This document shows positions 30,967 through 44,076 of a stretch of DNA of 64,000 bases, piece after piece (positions within the stretch are counted from its first letter, which is position 1; every line of letters begins with the position of its first letter). The notes under the pieces are model-generated. The model saw only the letters and a list, made by a program, of their open reading frames with translations. It was not told where the DNA came from and searched no databases. The translations under genes were made by a program, and so were the position numbers. The stretch comes from Ramazzottius varieornatus (Eukaryota > Animalia > Tardigrada). The stretch spans positions 6,128,448 through 6,192,447 of the forward strand of contig BDGG01000002.1 in NCBI GenBank assembly GCA_001949185.1, given 5' to 3'.

Positions 30967-32709
30967 TTAAAATACCATAGATTATTTTCCTTTGGTACGC
31001 TGGTATTATAGAATACACATCACACATCACTTGAACTGCAAAGAAACTGTCTCCCTGTTTTTCCGCATTTTCCGTTAACCCTCGCCTGAAAAGGATATCC
31101 GCGTTTGTATTTTTCTTGTGATTGTGCTATCCATTGCGCGACGTAATCTCGGGAAGCCGTTACGGGAACTTGACCGGTGTATCGACTCTATTCACATTTC
31201 ACTCTATTAATTTTGAAGTTACCCACTAAGTTACCCTATACAGTAGTTGAATTACTTCCAATAATGTGCGCATTATATCTGCGGTCGAAATTCAAGTCCG
31301 TTCTGAGAAGTGTGAGTCTGATCACACCACGGAAGCAGAGCGCTCAATCAAGCGTAACGGGACCTTGTGCCTCGAGCCACTGCGGTTGATCGACACAGAA
31401 CTCGGTTATTGTCACAGACCTTCTCTTGGAAACTGTTTCGTTGTTGAAGTTAGGAATATTTAGTCGATTTCCTCATAGGTGTGGCTCAAGTGTTCCAGAA
31501 GCCTTCAAAGGTCAAATGCCACCTGTGACGAATGTTATTCCTGGGTAACATAACACCTGAGAAAATCTAAAGTGGCAAGAAGAATGGTGCTTACAAACGT
31601 TACACTTGTTTCAAAGTTGGAACTAAACCCTTGGATATTTCTTATGCATTCGCATCTCAGCTTTCCATTATGCGCGGTGGAGTGCCGTCTTAAGATTTGA
31701 ATACATCCACCTCACAATTTCTTCCAGTAGAAAAGGAATAGTTCTACTGTGTGCCGCCGGTATTAGAGTACGGATTGGGACACCGTGCCCGCTACCGCGG
31801 TCATTCGGAATCACAATTTTCACATTAGCGTTATGTTGCTCAAGCACAACGAAAGGAAATAGCGTAAAAGCGGATGTACATAAGCTGGTTAATGCACCTA
31901 CATATGGAAGCTATTCTGATGTTGGCTGAATAGACAGAAAGGGTTCCTGAAGCCTGGACAAAGTACAATACTTTAGGGTAACTTGATATTCCATTATGTT
32001 TAAACTGAAGCTTCCAGATATGAAAGGAAAGCTAGAATATGATTCCAAGGTGTTGGAAGCCGTCATAATGATGCAAAATGATCAACTTAAGCCAGCCTTA
32101 CGATATCTAATAGGTAAGTCCACTTGAAGGACTTTTGCCGACACTGTTCGTTTTTTACAATCCAAGACTAAGCTTGTAACAATAAGATGAGCTGTGTTGG
32201 AAGGGCAGGCAGATTTGCATCAGGCAAGATAACAATTGCGCGTGATGACGAGCTCAGACGGAAGGAATAAGCCTATACTGTGCAACCGAGCACGGAAGCC
32301 CGTATCGAATGGCCCAAGTTCCTCATTGTTGGCTGTCCATCTGGTGGGCAAACAACTACTTTTGACTACTACGTGGCAATAAACTAAAGAACCTGACAAC
32401 AGCAATCTCTGGCAAACAAATTGGATACCCTGAGAACACGGAAAGAATAAGTTTCGTCGGCGCAACTGTTTGCTCCGGCAAAGTCATTCCGGAAGGGAGC
32501 GGTACCGTTACCGATCCCACTCAAAGGTATCTAACCACCAAGCAGCTTCCGCTTCCTTTTTGACACCGCCGAGCTTCGCGCTATCGATCCCATCCGCCAC
32601 TCGTGCAACTAACAATTCAAACGTTAAATGGAGCACTGTAAATTTTACCACTATTTGCTATTAAACAGTCTACATACAAAACTGGAAGGCTGGTAGACGG
32701 CCTCTCGAT

Positions 32710-32779
32710 GATCGTTATCTCAGGTGGCGCAGTTGACTCTTGTTATTAGCTGGAACTGTGGCCACTTGAGACGACGATT
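32710..32779. mobile_element. Family A copy 6 (3' of the four-TM gene)
   Basis: GATCGTTATCTCAGGTGGCGCAGTT-gactcttgttattagctgg-AACTGTGGCCACTTGAGACGACGAT. Confidence 0.7.
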
Positions 32780-32952
32780 TTCCGGAAATGGTTTGCCGGC
32801 CTTCCAAATTTCCGTTGGAACCAATTTGCCACAGTCTGACGTATACGGGAATAGCAATAAACGTCAACATATGCAACAAATATATTCACCGGAGACATTC
32901 TACTGCGTACTATAAGTGTTTAGAGCATCGGCTAGAACCAAATTCGGGCGTT

Positions 32953-33663
32953 TTAATCATCGTCCTCGTTCTGAAGTTTTTGGTAGTATCCGTCAACCGT
33001 GGCTTCCATATTCGCCAGGAAGGGTGTCTGCGAAGACTTGCTTGTGTTTTCCGGAATGGCTAATGGTTCTTCGGGTGCAGAAGTCTGGACTGTAAGTACG
33101 TTGCTGTAGTCGCATCGGGAATGCTCCTTCATGGCTTTCAATACTGCAAAGCTGAATCCCACGGACACGCCCAGTGCCACAAAGGACAGGCTGTAGAGCC
33201 CGGTGGATATCATCGGGAGGATCTCGGTCGCCTTCCAGGACTCATGGTCTGGATGAACACCAGGAAGTACGGTCAGAAACATCACGCGTAGCATGAAGAT
33301 TGCCATACAGAACACAGCCGACAGAATTGACGTGACCATGTGCCCGACAGCCACTCTCTTTGTGAAGTTATCCAGCGCGAAAACGCGACGTGAGTTGAAC
33401 AGGGCGAACAGTCCCGCTGTGACAATCGTCAGGCCCGTGAAAATTCCCAGTCCAGCCAAGTAGCAGAAACCTGCGCTTTCTTCCTCGCGTAACGTTAGTC
33501 TTTCGCTCAGGAAGGCTAGAAAAAAAACTGTAACATCAACTCATAAGTTGCTAGATTTTTAAAGCTAAAACTTACTGATGGATTCCGTTCCTACAATGGC
33601 GCATCCGAGAAGCACCTTCACCAGCGCGAGGCTTCGCAGTATGACGGCTTGCTTTCGGTTCAT
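32953..33663 (-). CDS. Hypothetical four-transmembrane protein (~216 aa); exons 33663-33576 and 33515-32953
   Basis: ATG at 33663; a 60-nt GT-AG phase-1 intron joins the frames (…GTESI|TFLSER…); four hydrophobic segments and an acidic C-tail. No family recognised. Confidence 0.7.
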
Positions 33664-34213
33664 GCTGGAAGAACTATCCAGGAGCCACTGAAGGTCCTTG
33701 TAAGGATGCTGCATGTTTGGTATCCTACAATAGTGACCTTCGGGAAAACAAAAGAAAGAAAGATTCTGAGAAGTTTCGGAGATAACAGAGCTGAGCTAGA
33801 ATCGAATTTTTCTGGGTGGTTACGTCAGCAGTAAAAAATCGATATGTGAGGTAAATCAAGGTAGGTTAACGATTCACGAAGTACACGCCGTGCTGTGTGT
33901 GAATCATTTTAGGTGTGCGTTGAAGCATAAGGTGAGCAGGCGGTTTAAAAGGAAGTTGCTGAGACGGCAACTAAGCTCAACCGAGTTCTTGTTCGGAAGC
34001 TCTTTCCGTCATTGTGCTTCTGTTTGCAGCACACCAGCACCACGTACGGCAGCTGATCGAACGTGCTCAGCTTTGTAAAAGTGTAAATAACGAGTTCTTG
34101 AATACAAATAGCTAGTGGTCCTGACCACTGGGAACGCCGAGCGAATGCAATAACAACAAAAGAGCAAACCAATGAGGAGGATGACGGATCAGGCTCTTCT
34201 CACCACTGAACTA

Positions 34214-34311
34214 CCTCCCCCTTCCCCCTTNNNNNNNNNNNNNNNNNNNNNNNNNNNNNNNNNNNNNNNNNNNNNNNNNNTCCCTTTCCCTTTCCCTTTC
34301 CCTTTCCCTTC
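34214..34311. repeat. (TTCCCT)n polypyrimidine microsatellite spanning assembly gap 34231-34280
   Basis: CCCCTTCCCCTT-N50-TCCCTTTCCCTTTCCCTTTCCCTTTCCCTTCC. Confidence 0.85.
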
Positions 34312-34485
34312 CTCACGGGTCCTACGCACGAAATTCAATTTAACTGGACTTGCCATCGGCGGGCAATCAGCTTGGCCAAAAGCAGGCCATGAATTGGCAT
34401 CAAACGAGGTTTTAATCCAAGCAAAACGTGTTGTGGTAAAACTGGGGGTTGTTTTTCCTGGTGAACCAGCGATCCGGCTAGGCTG

Positions 34486-34642
34486 GACGTACACGCGCCT
34501 GGCCTAAACGTGGGGATGGAAAAAAATGTAGGAACGGAGCGAAAGCGGCACGGGCCAGCTAAGGTTCACCAATCAATTTAATCAATCGGAGCAGAGCGAC
34601 TTTCGCTCCGTTCCCCACATTTAGGCCAGGCGCGTGTACATC
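34486..34642. mobile_element. MITE-like element with ~30-bp TIRs (TA-CACGC…GCGTG-TA)
   Basis: GACGTACACGCGCCTGGCCTAAACGTGGGGA / TCCCCACATTTAGGCCAGGCGCGTGTACATC, plus an internal IR GGAACGGAGCGAAAG / CTTTCGCTCCGTTCC. Confidence 0.75.
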
Positions 34643-34817
34643 TTATACTGTCAAAATTTTCAGACCATAGCGAACTATGCACAAACTCATGTACTTTTTC
34701 GAGATTGCTTTTTGGTGAATACAGCTAGTAAGAAAACGTAGTAGGAAATCCGAATAGGAAAGACCAAAGAATAAACCGAAACCATTAGTTTGCACCGGTC
34801 GATGGAGATTCTCAGCA

Positions 34818-37800
34818 TTATTCTGCCAGAAGTTCGTTCTCTTCATTGCGGCTCCCGCCGTAGTCCTTACGGTCCCTGATTGGATTGGAAAGGGTTCTCT
34901 TCGAATTTTTCGTGATGGCTTTCTTTACTTTCGTAAAGATGGTTTGTGAAGGTGTTTTTATCTGCAGGTCGAAATGACCGCCGTCCTCGTCGAAAGTCCC
35001 CCCATTGTCCATCTGGTCCTGTCCGGAGTCGAGGTCGTGCTCGTCAACGCAGCTCTCCGGCAGTTGCAGATGTACCACGCCGGAAGCGTCTTGTACCAGC
35101 TTCGTGTAACGCTGCTCGAACTTCTTTCCCTTCTTGTAAAAGATAGCTAGTACCACGGTTAGCAGTACTCCGAGGCCGACCAAAACAACGATGAGCACCT
35201 GGACGGAATATGGAACGGAATGACAACGAACTACCTTGATCAAGTCAGCTGACGAGTTGGTTTCCCGACAGTAAAAATTCGAGTGATAGTATATTTTCTG
35301 CTGGGAAGAAATACATTCACCGCGGACAGTGGTGTAGTCTTCGGGACCGCACACAGGACATGCATAGATGGTAGGCCACATGAGGTGGTAGTTGCACCCG
35401 TCGCAGGTTCCCTCGGCGCACTCGGAAGGAACCAGCAAGTTACTCCAGTCATCCGTTGAGTTCTTCGAGCATCTAAAAAATATCACCACGTTTCTGTCAC
35501 GTTTCTGTGAAGAACCCCATTTCTGTCAGAGCCTGAAGGGTTCAAGAGTCTCTTACCTCATAGCGATCGTGGTAGTTTTTCCAGTAGGGCATTTGGATGT
35601 CGGAACTATCGCTCTGTAATGCCAGTACAAATCGGGAGCCAACGAACTTGCAATTTCGGGGGGAACGCCGGCAAAGACCTTTCCCGTCGCATCCTCGTCG
35701 GGTGTCGAGATATGAGTCAGTTCTTTGCCTGCCACAAACGAGTGCACAGCTGTCGTGTTGCTAGACTGATCCCCGACGAGATGTGTTGTTCGACATATCA
35801 GTCCACTAACCGAGTTCTTCGACGTCACGAGTGAACCCTGATGTGCGGTGTTCGCACATACGACAGGACTAGTTTCACAGAGACTGATGTTGAAAACGTG
35901 GTAGTACTCTTCTCCGCCGCTCGGAAAGAAGTGTTGTGTTCGGACAGTATGGAAACCTTTCAACGGTGTCAAGTCGTAATGTTTCTTCCCGCCAAGAAAC
36001 GAAACCCTACAGTTGGTCTCACATTTACCATTCTCGGCGACGAGGTTCTCGCCACAAGGAACGCACGATGCGTCGTGTTCGGAGACCACATGGTTGGGAG
36101 GACAAGTCCGACAGTTGGTCAGCTCCGTGTCCCAGACTTGACCGGGTCCACAGCGCCGGCACTGAGAGCCGGAGCCTGCGCAGGGCTGACATTTGTCTGC
36201 TCCCCCATCTATGGTGTTGGTCAGGTTAATGCCAAAGATCCGAGCGACGTCTTGGCCGAACTGGCGAGCTTTTGTTGAGGTCAGTTGGGCTCCTTGCATG
36301 TTGATCTTGGTGAACGTCCATGTGAAGGCTAGACTGGAGTTTTGAGTGACGGGGAACTCAAACTTCGTCCGTGACTGCGGTCCAATCCACGTCTTCACTT
36401 TTACAGTTTCGTAGGAGGTCGTGTCTTCCAGGAGAAAATCCAACTAAAACCAGACAAGCGTTCAAGCGGGGCAAACATTATCCGGAAAATATTGTAGAAA
36501 AATGTTGAGACGTCGAGTTTTCCATAGTCATTACGGTATCCAGGCCAGTACCGGTACAGAACCATGCAAGCATATACGTCGGAGTATGACGTGAGTGATT
36601 CACTAAGTTGACTTTTGGTTGTTTTCGAACGCGCTTACTTGACATTCCGGACTTTTGCATGAAAGATCGAATTCGAAAGTTAGTTGACCATAAACATCCG
36701 ATGAAATTTTCTTCCGAAAGCCCGCGGTGAAGAGCTGGGCGACCAGCAAGACATCATCCTCGTGCCCGTATCCTGATAGCAGCTTATCTCCATCTAACTG
36801 CCACCCCGTATCCTTCCCGCACCCCAAGTCCGAGTTACTCCAACAGAAAGAGTCGAAGTGGTAAGGTACTAAGTTCCACGACGTAATTTCATACTTGAAC
36901 GCCGGGTCGGTTCCGCTCGGACATGCCTGACACGTTCCTTGTTGACCAGCGAACTGTCCTTCATCGCATACCGTGCAAGCAGTTGCGTTATAGCGAACAG
37001 TTCCCGGTGCGCATTTTGGGCAAGGAATTCTTATAGTAGCCGGCAGTTTTGAAGTGCTGGAGTCTTCCTTGCATATCATCGGTTCGATCCATTTGAAAGA
37101 CAAGTCTCCTTGACCATCGGACTGGCACGGACCAATTTTCCGCAGGTAGTCCTTTTCCGTGCACGGAGGTCGGTCGAAGCATTGAAGGAACCCTGGAAGG
37201 GCGTACTGACTTTCTGGACACGCACGACAGCTTCCCGAGCCTTTGGCCGAAACGTGGTTCATAGGACATTCTTGACAGGTGGACGAACCGGAAGGACTGG
37301 AGGTCCCTGCGGGACACACTGTGCACGAGCGGCTGTAATTAACCCCGCTAACTTGGACCTTGCGGATGCGGATGGACTTCCTCGAACTGTCTTGTTGCCC
37401 AATCATGCTGATACCCGTCCAGACTAATGTGTGCTTTCCTTTTGGTAGATCGGTCTTTACAGCGGCCCAAGAATTTCGTGTTGTAGGATCTAAGAAAATT
37501 CGGACGGGTGTGGAGCCGGACTTGCTTATGGCGTCTCCGAGAAGGGCTTTTTGGGAAAGACCGGTTCGGCAGTCCGAAGAAAGAACGTTGAATGTGAACA
37601 TCGTGGTACCTGATTCTGGGAACTGATACTACGATAGTGAAAAACTGGTTAATACTGTTTATAAATGCGAGAAAACACGTTTTGTGTAGTTCGAACCTCG
37701 AAGTCGACGGAGCCAGTCTGCTGAAGGATATCAACCTCCAGCAGCAAACGGGACATACATCCTTCTTCACCTTGCATGCTAATGTAGTCGCCTCGAGGTG

Positions 37801-38823
37801 TCCATGTCGTCTTTGAGCAGGAAGACAGGGACGGTAGACGAGAGTCGGTGAACAAGGACGAACGGCCAGAGTTGGCCAGCGTTGTCATTTGAGTGGAGAA
37901 GCCCGATGGAATTTCCGGCCAGTCATCGTAGATCTGCGCATTACCGCTGGAATACGTGCCCGCCTAGGAATTGGAAGAAGTAAACTAGCCAAGTTTCAAG
38001 GTATCTAGGATCGTACGCAAAGTTCCTACCTTGCAGGGAGAGCACTCTAGCGCTTCAACACTATAGTAATGTCCGGCTGGGCAGAAAGTATCTGCAATCG
38101 AAAAGATTTTACGAAATCGAACAAAATGCTCTACAATCACCGAATGTCTTAGTGACTTCCGGCGGGAGAATTCCAATTAGAGAATTCCCGATTCCATTTC
38201 GCGAGTTCGATTGATTTAATTGATTTGTGTTGGTTTTGATCTCGTTACTGATTGACTGATTATACAGATTGCGANNNNNNNNNNNNNNNNNNNNNNNNNN
38301 NNNNNNNNNNNNNNNNNNNNNNNNGCAATCTATATTGTTTTTGAGAGAAAGATTTTAATTGAATTTTTAGTTGACTAATTGAATTTTTTACAGCTACAGT
38401 ATCCGTTCAGCAATTAACCAGATCGACAGCCTCTGCCTGAACCCAATCCGGCACGAGGCTGATCGGAAACCCTTGCGTGCAGATTCACGGATAGTTCGAT
38501 CTATTGTACACCTACCACAGCCATGGACTCGAAGAGGAGGTTTGCTGGACGGACTGCAGAGCAGCGATTCATTCACCGGGACGGCAACTCGCCAGAAGCC
38601 GTTGTCCTTGTCGCACTGCGTGATTTCGAACTTGATATCGTTCTGAAACAAGAAGCTGGATCAAGCCAAGATGCCTCTGCACTGAGCGCTGCATGAAAGA
38701 GAATGGATCTTCGAAAGCGGTACGTACCTCGGAACATACAGCCAGCTGAGCCCATGTAATCCCGTGTTGCAGGAACATCACCACAAAACCGGATATGAAC
38801 ATATGGTACGGAATCGACTCCAT
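34818..38823 (-). CDS. ELAPOR: Endosome/lysosome-associated apoptosis and autophagy regulator (ELAPOR/KIAA1324/EIG121 family), multi-exon
   Basis: Signal peptide; FEITQCDKDNGFWRVAVP; Cys-rich repeats (CTVCPAGTSS, RPPCTEKDY, FKWIEPMIC); YYHVFNISLC; CAEGTCDGCNYHLMWPTIYACPVC; TM followed by KKFEQRYTKLV. Confidence 0.9.
38275..38324. other. Assembly gap (50 N) inside an ELAPOR intron
   Basis: Run of N flanked by AT-rich low-complexity sequence. Confidence 0.95.
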
Positions 38824-40053
38824 ATTTGAAGACAGATCAGCATGCACCAAGGATCGTCCTGATCGCCGTTACTGTAGAACCCACGCTGATAGCCTTCTAG
38901 TCGATGAAAAGCTGTCAACCTCCGTTTTCTTCCCCGTCGGCTGTTTAGTGTTCAAGGTAAGCAGTCTGTGGGATGCAGATGTTTAGTGAAAGGAACTGCG
39001 CTTTTCGCTAAAACTAATAAGCCTCATTTTCGCAGGAGGTCGAGGCTTGAGCAACCGTAACGTGGATATCGATCGTCCAAACCCGCTCCATCAGGTTGCC
39101 GTTAGCTTCACGAGTGGGATAAGAGATCAGCATACCAGTCACGGGACCACCCTGGATGCCTTGGTTTCTCTGGAACGATCCCCGCCTGCCATCGATCAGC
39201 GCATGCAGCTGTCGGCATATCGGAACCCGACATCAAAGCGCAGCCATTATGTACCGAGAGTTACGGTATAATGTAGTATTGTTACTCACGAGTCGCCGTT
39301 TGATCTTGCTCCTGATGGAATTTAACATTAGACTAAGCACCTGACGGTACTTCATTCTTCCTAGGGTCCGTGAACGTGCTGCACGTTTGCTTCGAATGGT
39401 CGGACTCTTCGCTTCGCTGACACGAAATGCATTTGAAATTCGGTCTAGCACAGGACCATTTATACAAAACAACAGAAAGGGTTTTCTTTTCTGAATGCCA
39501 AAGAGGAAGTATCACTGTAGCGCGGAACAAGGAAGTCGATAGGTCTTAGCGCTGACGAGGATATGTTTGCGGGTCTTGTGGTATCAAGCACTGCAAGACC
39601 TGCGAGTTTGAACAGCCATACCAAAGGCAACAAACTTCCTCTGTTGGTTCAAAAGATTTATGGTAATATCCTTCGAGGTACCGTTAGGCGTTCAAGGAAG
39701 ACTCTAGACGGCATAGACATATATATATATACCGTCAGTAGCAGGCTGGTACTCTATTTCTCTCACCGAGATGTCTTCGTCGAACCATGACGATACATGT
39801 TAGAGTGGCACACTATACCACCGGAGAGCTAAGCCGTATCTGGACATGCAGACGGTTCAGTGAAATCTCGCACTCCACCATGCTCGGCAGACATACTCAA
39901 AGTCGAGGTCGGCCAACAACGTTTTAGGCTAGAATGTCGTCAGACATCAGATCAAAAGTTGGTAATTTAATTGACATGGACGGTGCAAAACTTAAACACA
40001 TAGGGAAAACATCCAGGGCAGTGGAACACTGTTGGCGTTGAAGACTGGGTGAG

Positions 40054-40060
40054 TATAAAT
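40054..40060 (+). promoter_or_regulatory. TATA box of the CRISP gene
   Basis: TATAAAT ~75 nt upstream of the ATG at 40130. Confidence 0.55.
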
Positions 40061-40129
40061 ACAACGAAATCCGTCCTCGCCCGTGCCGAAAAAATTCTGA
40101 TTAGACGTTGATCTATCCTTACAACCAAA

Positions 40130-41243
40130 ATGCATTCCATTATTGCAAAGCGAACCTTTTTTGCGTTGTTGCTGTCCGCAGCATTTATATGTGAGTTTTT
40201 ATGCTTACCACTTCGCATAGAACTCAGTTGCTGAACATGATTGCCTTGCAGGTTCTTGCAAAGGCTATCGGCGAACCCGCGCGGACCATGGCTCCTTGTC
40301 GCCTCTTCACAATGCTCGACTAGCGCAGTCCATCGTCAGTATCCACAACCAAGTACGAGCACAAGTATCCCCTTCCGCCTCGAATATGTTGAAGATGCAA
40401 TGGAGCCACGAAGCAGCGACCCAGGCGCAGAGTTGGGCGGACCAATGCCACTACGGCCATAGCTCCAAGTCCGATCGAAGAGTAGCCGGTACTGTGCTCT
40501 TCCCTCTTCCCTCATCAAGCCATCCGTGTGAACTGGGTATCAACTTCCTTGTTACTTCTTTTAGGTCAGTCATGCGGGCAGAATCTGCTAAGAACAGTCT
40601 CAGGGCCCTTCTCGTGGGATGATGTCTTGAAGATTTGGTCCACGGACGAGGCGCGGAGTTTCCGGTACGGGCATCACGGGAACAGTATGCAGACTGTGGG
40701 TCATTATACTCAGGTGCGGTACACTCTTCCTGCTTTGTCGTAATGGGCCAGTAAGAACTACAGTTTGATTTGCAGATGGTTTGGGCTAGTACGTACCAAG
40801 TTGGATGCGCGTACCGGAACTGCGGTTACTGGCAGATCTACGTTTGTCATTACTGTCCGTCGTGAGTGACCACCGAATACACAAAAGAATTTCTTCCCCG
40901 TACATACTGACAGTAATGGGGCATCCGGTACTTCCGGTTCTGTGGCTTTCAGGGGAAATCTTCGAGGCGAAGAGATGCGACCGTACAAATCCGGATCCTC
41001 GTGCTCTGCTTGTCCTAACGACTGCGAAGGGAACCTGTGCCGTAAGTGTAATTTTATGCTGGTAGGAAACGGTGAAGAAACTCCGAAGCTGTCTCATCTC
41101 ATACTTCAGGAAACTACTGTCCGTATGTGGACTACTACTCGAACTGTGACAGCGTCAGCCGGCGACACGATGTCTGTTCGCGACCCGGCATATCCAGCTT
41201 TTGTGGCGCCACCTGTAAATGCAAAGGCAAGATACACAGCTAA
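40130..41243 (+). CDS. Secreted CAP-superfamily protein of CRISP architecture (signal peptide-CAP-hinge-ICR/ShKT); exons 40130-40190, 40252-40488, 40565-40713, 40776-40861, 40953-41041, 41110-41243
   Basis: Signal MHSIIAKRTFFALLLSAAFIC; IHNQVRAQVSPSASNMLKMQW; CGQNL; GHYTQ|MVWASTYQVGC; YVCHYCPSGN; PYKSGSSCSACPNDCEGNLC; CPYVDYYSNC..C..CGATCKCKGKIHS*. Confidence 0.92.
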
Positions 41244-42175
41244 TCGAAGACCTAGAATTTCGCTACGACGGTCGACACTGCACATCATCCGTTCATCCAG
41301 GGCTCCAAAGTAATGGCATTTAGGTAAAAGGCATTCTCTTCTAGACTGGGTTAGCGTGACGACACCAAATCCTTTTCTGAAAATCAAAATAGCATTATTT
41401 TCTCGTTTGTATCAACACTGGTCTTCCGCCGTGACCCTTTGATTTTTCTCCATGATCGAGCGGTAGAAAGAGCCAACTCCGCAGTTAAAATTTTAGAGCT
41501 CCAGAAAATCTACAGACACTGCGAAGGAGACGGCAGATGGAAGAGCGTCATGCCGTGACAGCTTGATCACGTCTGATGTGTCTTTCTGACTAAAATATCC
41601 TTGAAAATATGAGCCGCTGTCACAGCTTTGACAGTGGCGTTTATTCATGGATATTTTATCCTTGTTGGCTTCGTTCATATATAGGTTGTCTCGGCCGAAG
41701 CCGTAGTTTTGAAAATTAAGAGTCGTAAACGGAGCAGATGTCTCTGTACACATGCTTCGTTTCCAACAGCTCAGAACTGTTTATGCTGTGAGAATAACCA
41801 TGACTGTATGTCCAGACGGTATCAGCCGAAACGCACAGAAGCGTCTAAAAGTCTGTTATGGCCTACCAAGGCTTCCTGCTGCAGTTTCCAGACCAGCCGT
41901 CGGGAACAGCTGCTCCGATCAAGCACTAAACTCATTCACCGTGCTCATGATAATGACACAACAATGAACTCTACGGCAATGTCCAGACCATCGTCAGCTT
42001 TATCAGCAAAATCTAATACGGACTAGAAAATTCAGCACACGATTTGGCCACTAAAGATGGTGTTCAAAGATGACCAATTAAGACTAGAAGAACTCATCCC
42101 CGACATGCCATAATCTACATAGTAATCCGCGTATAGTTCAAAAACTGAAAAAATCTCGACTCACAAGAAAGAACA

Positions 42176-43238
42176 TCACACTACGGTCGCAGAACAAAAA
42201 AATCAAAGGAACGCTTCGAAGGAATGTTTTCACTGCCATCAAAGACTACATCGGGTTCCGCGAGAAACAGTTTCACAGTTTGACTGAGTACTTCCCGGTC
42301 AGCAATACTTACCGGTCTTCCATGACTGCAGGAAAATGTAATCTCGCAGAGTATTTGGGAGTGGGAGTTCTTGAACATGGGCGGGTTCCTTGAGGTTCTG
42401 CAGGATAACATCCCGGCATTGGTCTTTCAAGCTTTGATAAGCTCGCCGCATGTTCTGTAATCTCATGGCGGTCTTTGCGGCGGTCGAGCTGATCATGGGG
42501 TAAAGCTCGTAGTCTGCCTTGACATTATGGAACGCAACACCGAGATAGACACCGTCTTTGTAGAAACTGAGTGTCCCAGCGTAGCCGTTAAAGAGAACAC
42601 CGACGGTCACTGGTTGGTTCTCTGCGAATGGGGCGCAATATTGCCGTTGTTGGCCATTGTGGTAGACGTAACCTTTGTGAGACAGTCCGAAACTTTGGGC
42701 GTCACTGCCGACCAGCGGCTCAAACTGACAACTTTCCAGAGCGGTGTTCTGGGTACCAATCCCAACCATCATCGCACTAGGAAAAAGAAAATCTTTAGCC
42801 TGCATTACTATTACGGGGTAATCCAGGAGCCGAAAGTTACAGTGTAGCAACGGAAACCTCAAATGAGAAAGCATGGGTAGATCGAATTTTGGAATTAACA
42901 TACGGTACCTTCCAAAGACACGCTGCCCAAAGGCGACTTCCCAGTAGTAGACTCCTCCATTAAGTACGCGGGTTCCCCGAACGGCGGAAGTGCTGTTACT
43001 CCAAGTAGGATGAAAAATAGCGATCGAGTCGTCCAGGACGATGGTATAGCAGCCGCACTGGAGTGGATTCCATGTCCATGAGTCCACTGAGCCTTCGATG
43101 GATACGGGGAGCGAAGATATGTCAGGAAAGCCTAGGCTATCCTTTTCCATGCCGACCTAGTCAAATTTTGAGTGCTATTAATAGAGCCATGAATCTGCCA
43201 AAGACATGTGGAATACTTACCAGGCGGTAGTTATCCAT
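42176..43238 (-). CDS. SPSB3: SPRY domain-containing SOCS box protein 3-like; exons 43238-43221, 43156-42909, 42776-42311, 42180-42176 (or unspliced end at stop 42299)
   Basis: FHPTWSNSTSAVRGT, YYWEV, MMVGIGT, LVGSDAQSFGLS, GTLSFYKDG, LYPMISSTAA; SOCS box SLKDQCRDVI..LPLPNTLRDYI. Confidence 0.88.
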
Positions 43239-44076
43239 AGTGGGTCACTTCCCCCTACACTTGATGTCAAGAAAACTGGATCATACGTTTTAGAGAACTA
43301 GCCCATAGCGAATTCGAATGTGCCATATTCACAGAAGTTACATCAGGAAAGCCGTCATCCGATCGATATCAAATCGATGAGGATGCGGTGATTATTTCGA
43401 ATCCCAGACGACCATCTGCTGTATCCACGCGCGGTCATGACTCTGCTTGGGCGTAAATTTGAGTTCGAAACTGCACTGGTGATGGCGCTGTTCACCGGAG
43501 GGTGGGGCCTGGTTAAATATCAGAAATTATTAATATGGTGAAAGCACACGGCACGGGTCATATTCCGTCTGGCGCGTGCCTCTAATACTTCGCATCCTCC
43601 AGCATTGACTGAAAAATTCATTGTTCATTACACAATGGAGACGAAAGGGCGCAGACAAGCGCACTGAATGAAATGAGAGCCAAAAGTCAAAAACACCAGG
43701 TGGTTTCACCAAGCGGCTAGGCTGCACTTCACTCTCGCCGTTTTCTCAATCTCAGTGAAATCGACGAAGACAGAAGAGACAGTCCGAAGTTTACAAAGTT
43801 TTTCGATATTTTGCTTTAATCTTCTTACTGCGAAAAATGAGAGAATTAAAAGAAAAAAATACTGACGCCAACAAGCTTCACACAAAAACTGAGCAAAAGC
43901 AAGGCTTGAAATTTTAAACAGTCACAAGCCCACACTAAGTTGAGAAGACTTGAAAGGTAAAAGCGCCTTGACATATTTACACCAAAGAAGAGCCAAAAGG
44001 AACAGCTTAGCACAGGCAGAAGGCTAAAAGAGTAGTACTATTACAATAAACCATCCACACTCGAACCTTCCTCTTC

